A stretch of DNA of 64,000 bases from Octopus sinensis (Eukaryota): the NCBI RefSeq assembly GCF_006345805.1, contig NC_043007.1, positions 68,758,001-68,822,000 on the forward strand, given 5' to 3'. A model generated the notes under the pieces. It worked only from the letters and a program-made list of their open reading frames with translations. It had not been told where the DNA came from and ran no database searches. The stretch's first letter is position 1; every line of letters starts with the position of its first letter. The position numbers and the translations under genes are program-made. Positions 1-13,289 of this stretch are shown here, piece after piece.

Positions 1-1015
1 TATTGACTGTGTCAGTTCATTATTTATTAGTAGTGGACTAGCCCACTTCTTGCCTGGGGGCGTCCGCCACAACAGAAATAGTAGATGTATTGAAATTCTA
101 AGTACTTATTCATATTCACAATTTCTCTTTGAGCAATACCCTTTTCTATGATCAGGTCTAATTGGCTGTTAGAATCAGGCAATATGTTTTTCATTGGTAT
201 TTTCAGTAAATTATACCATTAGATTCCGATACAAAAGTTTCTCAGAACGAGATAGCTTTCAATGCAGAATAGAATACATTTTATCATGGTCTTGTTTGTA
301 ATTATTGTCGGTTAAATAATCACAAAATTAGCCACACATTTTCGATGAATTTTTCTCTCTAAGTTCGAACTTAGATTGAAGATACCAGACAATAATTGCA
401 TTTCTTAGTTCATTTGTTTCTTGATCACATGATCTTGTGTCGTTTTGTTTCATTCTTCCAAATATTATGTACCCAAGAAACTTTTGTTTCTCTCTGAAAT
501 CCTATGAAACAGCGACATTTTCAAATCATTTTCTTTTACTTTTTCTAGTTTTCCTTGATTTTACACCATATTGTTTTATTTATAACGTTATATATTGTTT
601 TCATTTCGCTACATACATCCGAGCTATTATCTAACCATTTCCACCGCAGTTTTATATCTTGTAATAAAAGATAGCACAGGATCCCGGAAATAAGCTTCTA
701 TACTTTATTATAATATTATTAGTTGGTGCAGCTAATTTTAGTTCTAACCTTTGTCCAATGAATGGTAACTGCCCCTTATTTTACGAGTGAAACTCTCCAA
801 AAATTCAATGAAAGAATTATTTTCTTACAATAGCGTGTGGTTTTTAAATTTTTTTTGTCAGAGTTCTAGCTTATATACAATTATTTATATATATATATAA
901 TGAGAGGGAGAGAGATAGATAAAGAGAGAGAGAAGACACGCACACGCACAAACGCAAGCACGCACACATGCACGCGCGCACACACGCACGCACACACACA
1001 TACACACACGCACAC

Positions 1016-1069
<54 letters not shown>

Positions 1070-1119
1070 CACACACACACACATAAATATATATATAGAG
1101 TACCTAGTGAATTAGAATA

Positions 1120-1900
1120 TCAAAATATTATATACGTATCTTGTATCGTTGCTGATGTTACTTTTTATCTGTATTTACCCTTATCAATGAAGAATTTCAA
1201 AATCAATTATAATTGGAGAATTTTACAAGCAATTGCTATGCACATATATCCTGACATTTAGGAATTTTATTGGATGTGAATTTGGCTGCTGTTTTAAGGA
1301 AGTTGAGTGACCGAAGTTGAGACTGCCATATCAAATTAGAATTTAGTAATTTCTTTGAAATTTCATCTCATGATTTTTCCTCCAATTATCATAAATTCTT
1401 CATATCATGTCTTTTGACTTTCAGTCGAATTTCTTAGAAATCTACACAAAATATATAATTGGAAATTATCTTTAAATTCATGCTGTTCTTTATATAATTA
1501 GTATGTTCTTCATAGTTTAGAAACGAATATGCCAAATTGTTATCAAACTTTATACTTTTACAAAATGTAAATATCTCAAGAAAATTAATAAGACTTCTGT
1601 AATCATTGCACATAATTATTTAGAATCAAATAGAGGCAGAAAGCAAAACTTGCTTAAAGCAACAAAGGATTTTGCTATCTCCCATACCTTCAAGAATTCA
1701 ACGGTTCGTTCTCTTCAACGCGTTACAATAGTCACAACAATTATAGCATACAAAATGTTGACAGTAGAATTCAACGATGTTTTTTTTTATCAATTCTGCA
1801 AGAATGTTGGAATAATATTTTTATCTTTTCGTTTGGTTTTAAAACTTTTCTCTGAAAAAAGTATTGTTGTCGATGTTAGATTAAGTATTGCAAATTTTAT
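1120..1900 (-). pseudogene. Possible highly decayed hAT-like transposase C-terminal remnant
   Basis: Manual minus-strand translation gives broken patches (EF/TVNILYAIIV..TIVTR*RERT, CIAIACKIL, IKSNI..T) loosely like hAT C-termini. Many stops and frameshifts; weak. Confidence 0.25.
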
Positions 1901-2580
1901 AATTTTGTAATTTCTTAAAAACACGTCCATTATATGTTGTCCAAGAAAAGGTGACACTCATGTAATGTCATGAGACCTAGTATCAATACTGAGAGCAAAA
2001 TCCTTAATTTTTGTCATCTAATCTGTTAGTTGGCTTCCTTGATCAACCGTCTCATGTGACGTTTAACCACAACCTGCTGTTTTATTCTATTACCAGCTTC
2101 ACATGCAACATACATACATACATACATACATACATACATACATACATACATACATACATACATACATACATACATACATACATACATACGTCAGGTATAT
2201 CAAAACCAGAAAGGAGAAAGCTGATTCGAAGATTCCAGATCCAGACCTTCACTGGAACTAATGGTCTGTAAAACTTTCCAGAAGTTTACCATTTAAATAT
2301 ATATGTGCATGTCTAGATATGCAGCTATATGCACGGTAATACAAATATAAATCAACACATACAAATCTGCATATGCACTGACTCCAAATACTACACATAT
2401 ACACAAATACACACAAATTCAATGTTGGTGTTGTTGAAGTTCCAATGAAGAAGACTTGGATCTAGGTTAGAAGCCGATTCTTTCTCTGTTGGTAAGAAAT
2501 CTTCAAATGAAACTGAATAATGACCTATATATGCATACACACACACATATATATATGTAACTGTATATGTATGTATATGT

Positions 2581-2730
2581 GGAGTGGCTGTGTGGTAAGA
2601 AGGCTTGATTCCCAACCACATGGTTCCGGGTTCATTCTCATTGCGTGGAACCTTCCTCTATAACCTCGAACCGACCAATGCCTTGTGAGTGAATTTGCTA
2701 GACGGAAACTGAAAGAGGCCGGACGTGTAT
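2581..2730 (+). mobile_element. SINE-A (tRNA-derived), 5' half
   Basis: A-box-like TGGCTGTGTGGT, B-box-like GGTTCATTCTC, then ccttgtgagtgaatttgctagacggaaactgaaag shared with other copies in the window. Confidence 0.8.
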
Positions 2731-2816
2731 GTATGCATGTACGTATTATTGAGTCTGTATGTTTAAGCACCTTACTCAGCTAAAACTTGTTTATATTATA
2801 TCATATTATGTCATAT

Positions 2817-2848
<32 letters not shown>

Positions 2849-4287
2849 TATAGTGTAACTTTTGTGTACGAATAGATGAATGATTGCCACTGTTATGTGT
2901 TGAGATCCACGTAAATGTTATCGTTCATTGTGCTTCCAGGAGGGAGTTTAAGTAACTACAATATTTAGTAGTATTACTAGTAATTATATAGAACAAATGT
3001 AGGAGGAAGCTACTATAAACACATTTTCATAGTGTTTGTTCCTACGTACGTTTCACCGTAGTGTTTGTTTGGAATTCTGCATTGGATGTTTAAGTGCAAT
3101 TAGGTGCTTAACCACAAGGGAGCATTAGGAAACACTTTACTGTATTGTGTTACAGATAAGAAATGTATTAAAGCCGGATAGAAGGCGATATATTTTATTA
3201 GTATTTTGAGATGGAAGTAGAGAAGAAAGCAATTAAGAGCGAGAGATAAAATGGGACTAAAATATAAGAGAAATGATGAGAGAAAAGCGGAAAGAAAAGT
3301 TAAAAGACATAATAACGTGTGAGAAAAAAGAGAGAAAGTGAAAAAGAAGAAAAAGGAAGAGGAGAAGAGGGAAAATAAGACAAGATTGTAATTAAAGAAA
3401 TGGAGAATTAAAGAAAAAGAAAAACAAAGCTGGACAATAATAAACTGAATGAGCAAAATTATATAAACATAATAAAATGAAAGTGAATACATGAATACAC
3501 CCAAGGGATAGCGGAAGAAAAATAAGAAAGTGCAGTGAGAAAAAGAGAGGTAATGGGCAGTAAGAGGCTATAAAAAATGGGAATGTTCAGAAATGGCTTG
3601 TCAGACACGTATAGAGACAAATAAATAAAAGATGTGTTTATTGATAGTAACGTCCATATTTGTTTTCTCGTGTGCTTTAAATATCCTGGACTTTCTGGAT
3701 ATATCGTTAACAACTGTCTCTTTTCTGCTACAAGAACAGTTTTTCCAATGCTTCATTAAAACACCATGTAACAAAATTTTAAAACATTTTCTTCTCTTAT
3801 CAGTAAGTGTTATTTCCTATTTGCTTCTATTTAAGAATCAAAGGAAATGACTTCTATTTCCTTCAAACTTTGCTTTCTCACCGGCACATCAATATTTTGA
3901 AACTGACATATTTTCCGTTATATTTCAGACAGATTCAATGATAATTTTAAAATCGTATTACACAATGTAATCAGCAGTAACGACATCTACCTCCTTTGTA
4001 AAGATCCGTTATAATGTATAGCAGATCCCTACAAAGGGGTAAAGTAGTCACTGCCGATAGACTATACTCTATACTATTTGATTTTTGCTTTTAAGTCATA
4101 TATGTATTATGAAAATATTGTTGCACGGATGTGTCTTGTGTCGGAATTTTTATGCGAGCATCAACTCCTTTTAAAATCTGTGGATAATCCAAAGTAAAGG
4201 TTAATGTTGTCGTGTGTTATAATATTATCCTTATAGACCGCATTCTTCCCGTTGTATTTCCAGTTCAGGGAACAAGTTGCTTGATGG

Positions 4288-4318
<31 letters not shown>

Positions 4319-4739
4319 CTTCTTCTTCTTCTTCTTCTTCTTCTTCTTCTTCTTCTTCTCCTCCTCCTCCTCCTTCTTCTCTTCTTCTTCTTCTTCTTCT
4401 TCTTCAAAAGAAATAAATGCATTAAACAATCTTTTTAAACTAAGCTAAATAAAAGATATGGCAATAATACAAACGTGATAGGCAATAAACAAGGTATGGA
4501 AGAATTACATATTACTAATAAGTATAGGTATAAGTCTATAGACATGAAATATGTGGTTGGTATGAATGTTAACGACAATAAAAATGACAACAACAACAAT
4601 CATAATAATAATAATAGTAACAATAATAATAACAGCAACAGTATCAAATTTAGGAATAAAAATTACGATAGGAAAAATTCACTTTTAATAAAGGTGATAC
4701 TGATAAAAATTATATTAATAATAGAAAGAATATATCAAC

Positions 4740-5590
4740 AAATATTATATGGTATAATGCTCCATCCTCATATTCAATAGCTTACAATATCACCTGTAAA
4801 TTCTACATAGGTATTTTCTACCATCAAGTAAATATGGGGAACTATTGGATAGACATAGTGTAAATTTTTCGTATACAACCACTAGAATTTAGATGAGATT
4901 ATTGCAGCACACAATAAACAGAGAATTAGGGAATTCTAAATCTATAAATAAAACTGGACCAGATAGTGTGTATAATGAAATCAAATTTAATGCCACTCTT
5001 TCTAAACAAGATCTTGATTCTATAACTAATCACAACTCTGATAATACAGTTAGCCTTTCACCTAACATTAATATTAATTGTAACGATAATGATGATAATA
5101 ATAATTCCATCTTAACACCTAATTTGCAGAGAAGTATTAGTGGAAACTCATTTAACTTTAAGTGCCAAATACAAGTGAATAATTCCATGTGTAATTGTCT
5201 AAACAAAATTCTATGCCCTTTAGTAAATCAGTGTTTAAGGAAAAATATAGTATATCAATGGAAAGTAATAACGGGAGATCCTAAGTATTATCATGTTGGC
5301 TCATCTGCTACAATTCGGAAATTTAGGTTTTACAATCCTTCTAATTCCTTTAAGTATAGAAGAAAAGTAATTCTACAAATCTTAGTAAATGCATTTGAGA
5401 TTTAAAGGCTAAGGACATTAAATATGATTTAAAGTGGTCCATTATTAGTTATGCCCCATCGTACAATATTACTAATTCTACATGTGATATTTGCCTTGAA
5501 GAACTGTTTATATAATTACTTCTTAATAAATTTTCTTGAATTTCAAAGAACACTTTGCATTAAGATGTTGCCATAAATTTAGAAAGATAT
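4740..5590 (+). pseudogene. Penelope-like element 3' part: post-RT linker, Cys knuckle and GIY-YIG endonuclease (frameshifted)
   Basis: Joining frames gives NIIWYNAPS, LLDRHSVNFSYTTT, IIAAHNK, CNCLNKILCPLVNQCLRKNIVYQ..YHVG, KYDLKWSII..YN..CDICLEELFYI, RCCHKF. This matches the typical PLE C-terminal motif order; ORF 4893-5405 covers the middle. Confidence 0.75.
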
Positions 5591-6146
5591 TTCAATATTT
5601 CATTTATTAATTATAATAATTTTTTAATTATTATATAAAGTTAATTCTTATAAAGTTTAATATAATGAGTATATAGATAACTAATTATTGTGACATAATG
5701 TATCTAAGTATCTCTTAATCATAACGCAGAATTCTTATCTTTAGTTTTTATTCTTCAGTTATAAAGGCGCCAATAATAGTATACAAAAATAGTCCTTTTT
5801 ACGTCATTAGTTTTTCCTATGTAGATTTCTAATTTTCATAATGTAAAATTCTTGTATGTCTTTTTTTCATTTTTTTTAATTTCATCTTCCACTGAAGTCA
5901 CTAAGAGTTGAATGACTTTTCTTAAAATGTTTATTTTTGATTTTATCGTATTTCCATGAAAAAAAAAATCGAAATCCAATGACGTCACCAGTAGTTGAAT
6001 GAAAGAATGCCTTAGGCTGAATTTGATTTGGTCGTTCATTTTGTTAGCGTTTATCAACTAGTAAGTTTTCAGATGTTCAGTTGGAATATCATTAATTTTG
6101 GATAATCCTGATACAGTTGTAGCAACATAGAATTTCGAGGATATTA

Positions 6147-6200
<54 letters not shown>

Positions 6201-6217
6201 ATATTGTGTGTGTGTGT

Positions 6218-6254
<37 letters not shown>

Positions 6255-7009
6255 TGTGTACATATACGCGTGTATATGTAAATGTATGTGTGTTTATAAT
6301 GTATATGTAAATAAAAATATAAATATATACACGTATACACGTGTGTCTGTGTATGTGTTTGTGTGTGTCTCTGTGTGTGTGCGTGTGTGTGTCTGCAGGT
6401 GTGTATAAAAATCATACACACATATAATATAATAATATTTACAGTCTACGGACACTTTTACACTGGCGACTGGTAAAAATCAACATTTAATTTTTACCCC
6501 TATATATAGATTTATATAAATATATATGTGTGTGTGTGTATGATAAGTAAACTGAAACAATTGTCGGATTATAAGATTTATATGATGAGATCTAAAAGAT
6601 ATGATTTTCTTTGTACGTATATACGTGTGTGTATATATATATATATACATACATACACACACACATACATGCATACATACATATACATACATATATATAT
6701 ATATTTACATATATATAGATGTCTATATATATATATATGTGTGTGTGTTGTGTGTGTGTGTGTACATGCATTTTTTGTGTTTCATGGACAAATATTAAAG
6801 ATATGTGACTATAAGGACATTGTTCTTTTTACCTCTAAGCAAATCACTACAAGTGATATGTTTGCTGAGTAACTTTTCTAAATTTCTGCTGATTAAAAAA
6901 TGTAAAGCGCGTATGTATGTATGAACGTACGTATGCACGTACGTATGTATGTATGTATGTATGTATGTATGTAGGTATGTATGTATGTACGTATGTATGA
7001 GTGTGTGTG

Positions 7010-7071
<62 letters not shown>

Positions 7072-7564
7072 CATAAATATATATATCCACATAGATTTAT
7101 GCCTACTTTAGATATATGCATATATATATATGAAAAAACAAGTCAAGATAGAAAATGCTAAAATAGTTTTATAAAGAACATTTCAGTATCGGTTTCGGTC
7201 ATTTTGATACCTTTGCAACTGTAACGATTAAATAATTAAATTTAGAAAAATTAAAAGAAAAGTTTTTTTAAAGGAATATTTGTATAGTGTTCAAATATAA
7301 GTGGCATTCTGCCTTTCTCTGTCTCCCTTGTTTGCACTTGTGTGTTCGAGGTTGTTGTGAATTCTTGGTAGGGTAGAAGAAGAAGGTTGATAAGGCGAGG
7401 GGGTGGAAAAATTTGGGAGTGCCTTTATTGTCGTATTTTGAATGGTCAGTGACGGCTAGCAGTTGCAGTTCAATTCAGGAGAATATTTCTATTGAAAGGT
7501 TTGTTTATGGAATTTGCGTAGGTGTTATACTAGAAAGCATTAGTGATAAAGTTAAGAGGTAGAA

Positions 7565-7835
7565 GGTGGAGCAGAAGAAGAAGAAGAGAAGAAGAAGAAG
7601 AAGAAGAAGAAGAAGAAGCAGAAGAAGAAGAAGAAGAAGAAGAAGAAGAAGAAGAAGATGACGATGTTGATGATGATGATGATGATGATGATGAAGAAGA
7701 AGAAGGAGAAGGAGAAGGAGAAGGAGAAGGAGAAGAAGAAGATGATGATGATGGTGATGATGATGACGACGATGATGATGATGATGATAATGATGATGAT
7801 GAAGAAGAAGAGGAAGAAGAAGAAAAAAAGAAGGG
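7565..7835 (+). repeat. Compound (GAA)n/(GAT)n/(GAAGGA)n microsatellite
   Basis: Direct inspection; poly-E/D ORFs are by-products. Confidence 0.95.
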
Positions 7836-8038
7836 AGAATATGATTGAGTGGAAGTAGTGAGGTGTTGTATGACTTGAAGTTGGCACGTTATGGATTATA
7901 GCTGTGATTGGGGCTGATTTGTAATGGATTCTTTGGAATGTAATATTTGCGTGTGTATTTCTGTTATTCTAAAGCTATATATATATAGCTAAATAGATAG
8001 ATAGATAGATAGATATACGCATGGATATTTAAGTACAA

Positions 8039-8076
<38 letters not shown>

Positions 8077-8566
8077 CATAAATATCCATGGACATATATA
8101 TCTATACCTATCTGTCTATATTTATATTTGTATATATGTATACATATATAGATTGGTATATATGTATGTATACAAACACTCAGATGTATATATGTTTGTG
8201 AGTCTGTTTGTCATGATTCAATTTACAAATATGGTTCCTATTTGTAAACATAATAATTCTATAATTCATTCTTCGGATCGATATTTACTTACGTTTCGAC
8301 CACTGTCAGATGCGTGACACTAGAGATTCCTCATCAACATACCAGATTTTCACTTTTGATGAAATGTGTGCAATTAGTGTCGAGTTTGACGACAGGTGGA
8401 CACACATGATGACTGAGTTGATTCACAGGGACGGTAAAATAAAAACTGGGACAGACATTAAGATGGAATGATCAGGGGAATAGATTTGACAAAACTATGT
8501 GTATATGAGTGAGTATTATATGTAGGTATGTATGTGTGTGTGTATGTATGTATGTATTTATGTTTG

Positions 8567-8607
<41 letters not shown>

Positions 8608-8710
8608 CTGTCTGTATGTATGTCTATGTGTCTGTGCGTCTGTCTGTTTGTCTGTCTGTCTGTCTATCTGTCTGACTGTCTCTTTGTCTCTCATATACAC
8701 ATATATATAT

Positions 8711-10326
8711 GATTGATTGATTCTAGTTTCAGCTCACGAGCTGTGGCCATGCTGGGGCACCGCCATTTGGTGTTGCTACATGGTTTTACTTCACGAATGC
8801 TTTTTAGCAACTGCCATTTGGTGCATGAGAGAGTTCGATGCAGCTGCCCCCATCTGCACCTCCTGCCGTGAAGTTGGTTCATCTGGGATACCTGACAAGA
8901 AGAGATCCAGTTTCATTTTAAAGACATCTGCATCCACCCCATGCAGGTCTCTTAGGTTCTTCGGGAGGATATTGAAGAGCTGTGGGCCTCGGAAGCCCAG
9001 GCTATCACAGTATCTTGTCCTACATTTTGATGGCAAATTTGGAGTCCTTGGCACCACGCAGTTCTGGCATTTGTGTAACTCTCGATGCCAAAGTTTGGGA
9101 CAAGTCCTTCCAGGATCTTCCAGATGTATATTATGGCATATCTTTCTCGCCTACGCTCCAAGGAATAGAGTTTTAATCTCTTGAGTCTTTCCCAGTAGCT
9201 TATATTCTGCACAGAGGCTATCTTCTTCGTGTAGCTACGTTGGATCGCCTCAAGTTCTGTGATCAACTTGACACTGGATGGTGACCATAGCTGAGAGCAA
9301 TAGTCAAAGTGGCTTAGGACAAGTGTCCTCCAGAGGACCATCATGGTTTCTTGTTCTCTTGTTCTAGAGGTTCTAAGAATCCATCCGGCCAGTCATCTAC
9401 ATTTCATTGCCAATTTAGCAACATGTACACGAAAGGTTGCGTCATCACTCATGTAAATACCCAGGTCACGCACTGATTGTGCCTCTGGGATTGCAATTCC
9501 TCCGGGTCCAGTGTATTCATTGGGTATTGCATTTAGTTTTGCATGCTGATAGCATAAAGTTTGAAGCTTTTCAGCATTGAACTGCATGCTATTCTTTTCA
9601 GTCCACTTGTATATTTTGTCCAGCTCACATTGCAGGCGTTTAGTGTCCTCAGGGTTCTGTATTGCCTGTGAAACTTTTGTATCATCTGCATAACTTGTGA
9701 TCATGGCTCTCTGCGTGGCTGAGGGCATGTCTGAAAGGGCCATTATGAACAGTAGTGGTCCCAAATCAGTGCCCTGCGGAACACCGCTCACTATTTGCGT
9801 GTTAATGGAAGTGGCCTCATTGGCTACTACCACCTGACTTCTATCTTTCAGAAAGTCATGAAGCCATTCTCCCAGTTTTCTAACTATGCTAAGATCACGC
9901 AGTTTGTGACATATCATTCCATGATCGACTTTATCAAAGGCCTTTGCAAAGTCGAGATATATCACTTCCACATTTGAGTGGTTGAGCAGTCGTTTCAGCA
10001 CCCAGTCATAGTGTTGTAGGAGCTGAGTTAAGCAGCTTCTTCCTGGTCGGAAACCATGTTGGGTGTCAGGCAGCAAGTCATTTTCTTCAAGGAAGGTGAT
10101 CAGTTTCCTTCTGACTATTCGTTCCATGACCTTGCTGATGTGTGAGGTCAGAGAGATAGGTCTGTAGTTCTTGGCCTCCGCTCTGCTACCTCATTTATGA
10201 ATAGGGCATATTTTACCTTCCTTCAGTTTTCTTGGAAGTTTGCCAGTTGCAAGGAAGCTCTGAAAGAGGAACTGCAGTGGTCTTGCTAGGACTCTCTTAC
10301 ATAATTTTAGGAGGATTGCCGGGAAT
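8711..10326 (-). mobile_element. 5'-truncated CR1/L2-group LINE, RT and C-terminal region, disrupted
   Basis: KNYRPISLTS, QHGFRPGRSC, YLDFAKAFDKVDH, SGVPQGTDLGPLLF, YADDTK, LSHFDYCSQLWSP, LERRRERY. TGA stops near 10190 and 9393, frameshift near 9060, and a 3' (ATCA)n-type tail at 8711-8722. Confidence 0.92.
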
Positions 10327-10459
10327 ATGCATATATATACATACAGACATATATGTATGCGAATACATATATATATATATATATGTATTCATACGTTATA
10401 TATGTATGAACATAGGTGTATGTCTAAGTGTCATTATGTGAGTGCGTGTATACATACAC

Positions 10460-10840
10460 GTGTCACTCCGTCGCTTACGACGACGAAGTTTCCAGTTGAT
10501 CCGATCAACGGAACAGCCGGCTTGTGACATTAATGTGTAAGTGGCTGAGCACTCCACAGACACGCGTACCCTTAACGTAGTTCTCGGGGAGATTGAGCGT
10601 GACACAGAGTGTGGCAAAGCAGGTCCTTTGAAATAAAGCTACAACAGAAACAGTAAGATAGAGTGAGAGCAAATTGTGATGAAAAATACAGCAGGGTTCG
10701 CCACAATCTCCTGCCGGAGCCTCGTGAAAATTGAGGTATTTTCGTTCAATAAACACTCACAACGCCCTGTCTGGGAATCGAAATCGCGATCCCATGACCG
10801 CGAGTCCGCTGCCTTAACCACTGGGGCCATTGCACCTCCA
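10460..10840 (-). mobile_element. SINE-C group (tRNA head, tail Y)
   Basis: Minus strand begins ggaggtgcaatggccccagtggttaagg..atttcgattccc (A/B boxes); the 3' part is shared with 52590-52700. Confidence 0.75.
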
Positions 10841-11195
10841 CATAATGCATATGTACATATATACATGCGTATGTACATATATACATGCACGTATTGTAAC
10901 CAAGCCTTGTTACTCCTTTATTTCATTAATTATACCTGAGAATAACTTTATACAAGTGTGTTTGGTGCGATATCTACTTTTGTCTGAGTAACCCTTAATC
11001 ACTTGAATAGTAATTTGAATGAGCTTGATCGAACAACGGAAAAAGTTTGAGACGAACACTTAGGCGAACACCTGAGGCGAAATTAAAAGCGACAGATGAG
11101 CATTAACATCACCGTCCGATATTACTAGTTGATGGCTGTGAAAAAAAAAGACAATACAAAAATAAGGACGTACATAAGTAAGTACACCAATTCGT

Positions 11196-11745
11196 GCTGG
11201 CGTAGTTATGTGATAAGAACTTTGCTTTCCAGCTACGTAGTTTCAGGTTCAATACTACTGCGAGGCACGCAGAGTAAATATCTTCTACTATAGCCCCCGG
11301 ACCGACAAAAGCCTTGTGAGTGAATTTGGTAGACGGAAACTGAAAGAAACCCGTCGTATATGTGTGCCATTTGTGTGAGTGTATGTGCGTGTGTGTGTGC
11401 GTGTGTTAGTTAATTTTTTGGCTCAAAAGCAAAAAGCAAGGCCATGTAAGGGGACATGGAGTTAAGTACAGGGTGGTGTTCACGTAAAGAGTTCAGGCCA
11501 CGTGTGTATGTGTGTGTGTGTGTATTTGTATGTGTGTAAGTGCATGTGATTTTGTGCTTGTGTTTTTACCCCAACAGTACTTGACAAAATGGCGTTGGTT
11601 TGTTCTAATTCACGTAATTTCAGCGGTTCGGCAAAAGGAACCGATAACAAAGCAAGCAGCGCTTGGGTAGATTTATTTGACCAAACTTTTCTAGGTGGCG
11701 CCCCTTCATGGCAACAGTCTAAAGACTGAAACAAGTAACAGCTAA
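11196..11745 (+). mobile_element. Old SINE-A copy with internal microsatellite and nested insert
   Basis: Diverged head, ccttgtgagtgaatttggtagacggaaactgaaag, (TG)n, gcggttcggcaaaa, gactgaaacaagtaa tail. Confidence 0.8.
11405..11491 (-). mobile_element. Short 3'-terminal retroelement fragment nested in SINE-A
   Basis: Non-repetitive 87 bp interrupting the (TG)n tract. Contains a CCATGT/ACATGG 6-bp stem and ends in an AACT-type tail on the minus strand. Confidence 0.5.
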
Positions 11746-11749
11746 ATGA

Positions 11750-12610
11750 TAGAAGATACAAATAAAGAAATGAAGAAGTATAGAAAAAAGAATGAAAGAA
11801 ATGAAGAAGTAAAGAAGAAAAGAAAGAATGAAAGAAATGATGGAGTAACGAAAAAAAGAATGAATGAAAGAAATGAAGAAGTAAGGAAGAATAGAAAGAA
11901 TGAAAGAAATGAAGAAGTAAAGAAAGAAAGAAAGGATGAAAGAAATGAAGAAGTAAAGCTGAACAGAAAGAATGACAGAAATGAAGAGGTAAAGAAGAAC
12001 AGAAAGAATGACAGAAATGAAGGAGTAAATAAATAAAGAACGAAAGAATGAAAGAAATGAAGAAGTAAAGAAGAAAAGAGAGAAGAAAAGAATTGAAGAA
12101 ATAAAGAAAGAAAGAATGAGAGAAATGTAGAAGTAAAGAAAGAAAGAAAGCATGAAAGAAATGGAGTAGTAAAGAAAGACAGAAAGGAAGAACGAAAGAA
12201 TGAAAGAAATGAAGAATTAAAGAAAGAAAGAAGGAAGGAAAGAAATGAAGAAGTAAAGAAAGAAGAAAAGAAAGAAAGAAAGAAAGGAAGAAAGAAAGAA
12301 AGACAGAAAGAAAGAAAGAAAGAAGAAAAGAAAGAATGAGAGAAATGTAGAAGTAAAGAAAGAAAGAAAGAAGGAAGGAAAGAAATGAAGAAGTAAAGAA
12401 AGAAAGAAAGGAAGAAAGAAAGAAGGAAAGAAAGGATGAAAGAAATGAAAAAGTAAAGAAAAAATGAAGAAAAGAAAGCAATGAAGTAAAGTAAGAAAAG
12501 AAGAAAGAAAGAAAGAAAGAAAGAAAGGAAGAAAGAAAGGAAGGAAGAATGAAAGAAAGATAGAAAGAAAGGAAGAATGAAAGAAAGACAGGAAAACGAA
12601 AGAAATGAAA
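11750..12610 (+). repeat. Purine-rich (GAAA)n-derived minisatellite, ~29-33 bp unit agaaagaatgaaagaaatgaagaagtaa
   Basis: Direct inspection; the unit recurs many times and decays into (GAAA)n rightwards. Confidence 0.9.
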
Positions 12611-13289
12611 GGTCTGCCCTCGTTTTATACTCTGTGCATTATTTCTGTAAGTGTTATTACGGTAAGGTGAGAGAATGGATTTGTATGTTTCTTAATAATG
12701 CTCATCAGTCATTCAGAAATGTATTATAACGTTCAGTGAAATGTTGAAATCTATCATATTATAAAAGTGAACTGTACTTTAGATACTAATCTCGAAGTAT
12801 AATTGTGATTGTTTGATGTGTTGTCTATATATAAGCATATGCATGTATATGTATGAATGTATATGGCTATATTAATGTCTATATGTAAGTATCTCACTCT
12901 GAACTTGTACGTGTGTAAGAGTGTAATATATGTATGGAATATACATATATGTATTTAAGCATGTACATATGTATACATTTATGTATACATACATGTCTAT
13001 ATAGTTGTATGCATGTATGCTTGTATTTTGATATATAACATATATACATGCATATATATGTAGAAATATTAATATTTCTAAGTCTCTCTAACGGAGACTA
13101 CGGCAGCGGTACTGGATATTAATAGTTATCGACAAGCTAATTTGGCAGTCCAGAAATATAGGACGAATGCTGCCATTGATTAGCTACAAGAGGCCATCAA
13201 CTCTAGCTAGCTATGTGACACACGAATCTTTGTCCATTATAACCTTCGAACATCCTTTAGAGATACTTAAAAATATTAATATATCTATT

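Noticed and set aside
871-1261. ORFs rich in CV/HT/YI (also many others, e.g. 6092-7161, 50422-51237, 58962-59536)
   Set aside because: They are translations of (CA)n, (TA)n and (TACA)n microsatellites with no domain content.
7543-7887. Poly-E/D acidic protein-like ORF
   Set aside because: Pure (GAA)/(GAT) repeats with no flanking coding signal or splice context.
8285-8315. Hammerhead-like CTGACAG..GAAAC on the minus strand (similar partial motif near 42170)
   Set aside because: The core deviates from CUGANGA and the stems are too short.
11480-12481. 333-aa hydrophobic ORF resembling a membrane protein
   Set aside because: The pyrimidine-rich strand of a GAAA minisatellite lacks stop codons by composition.
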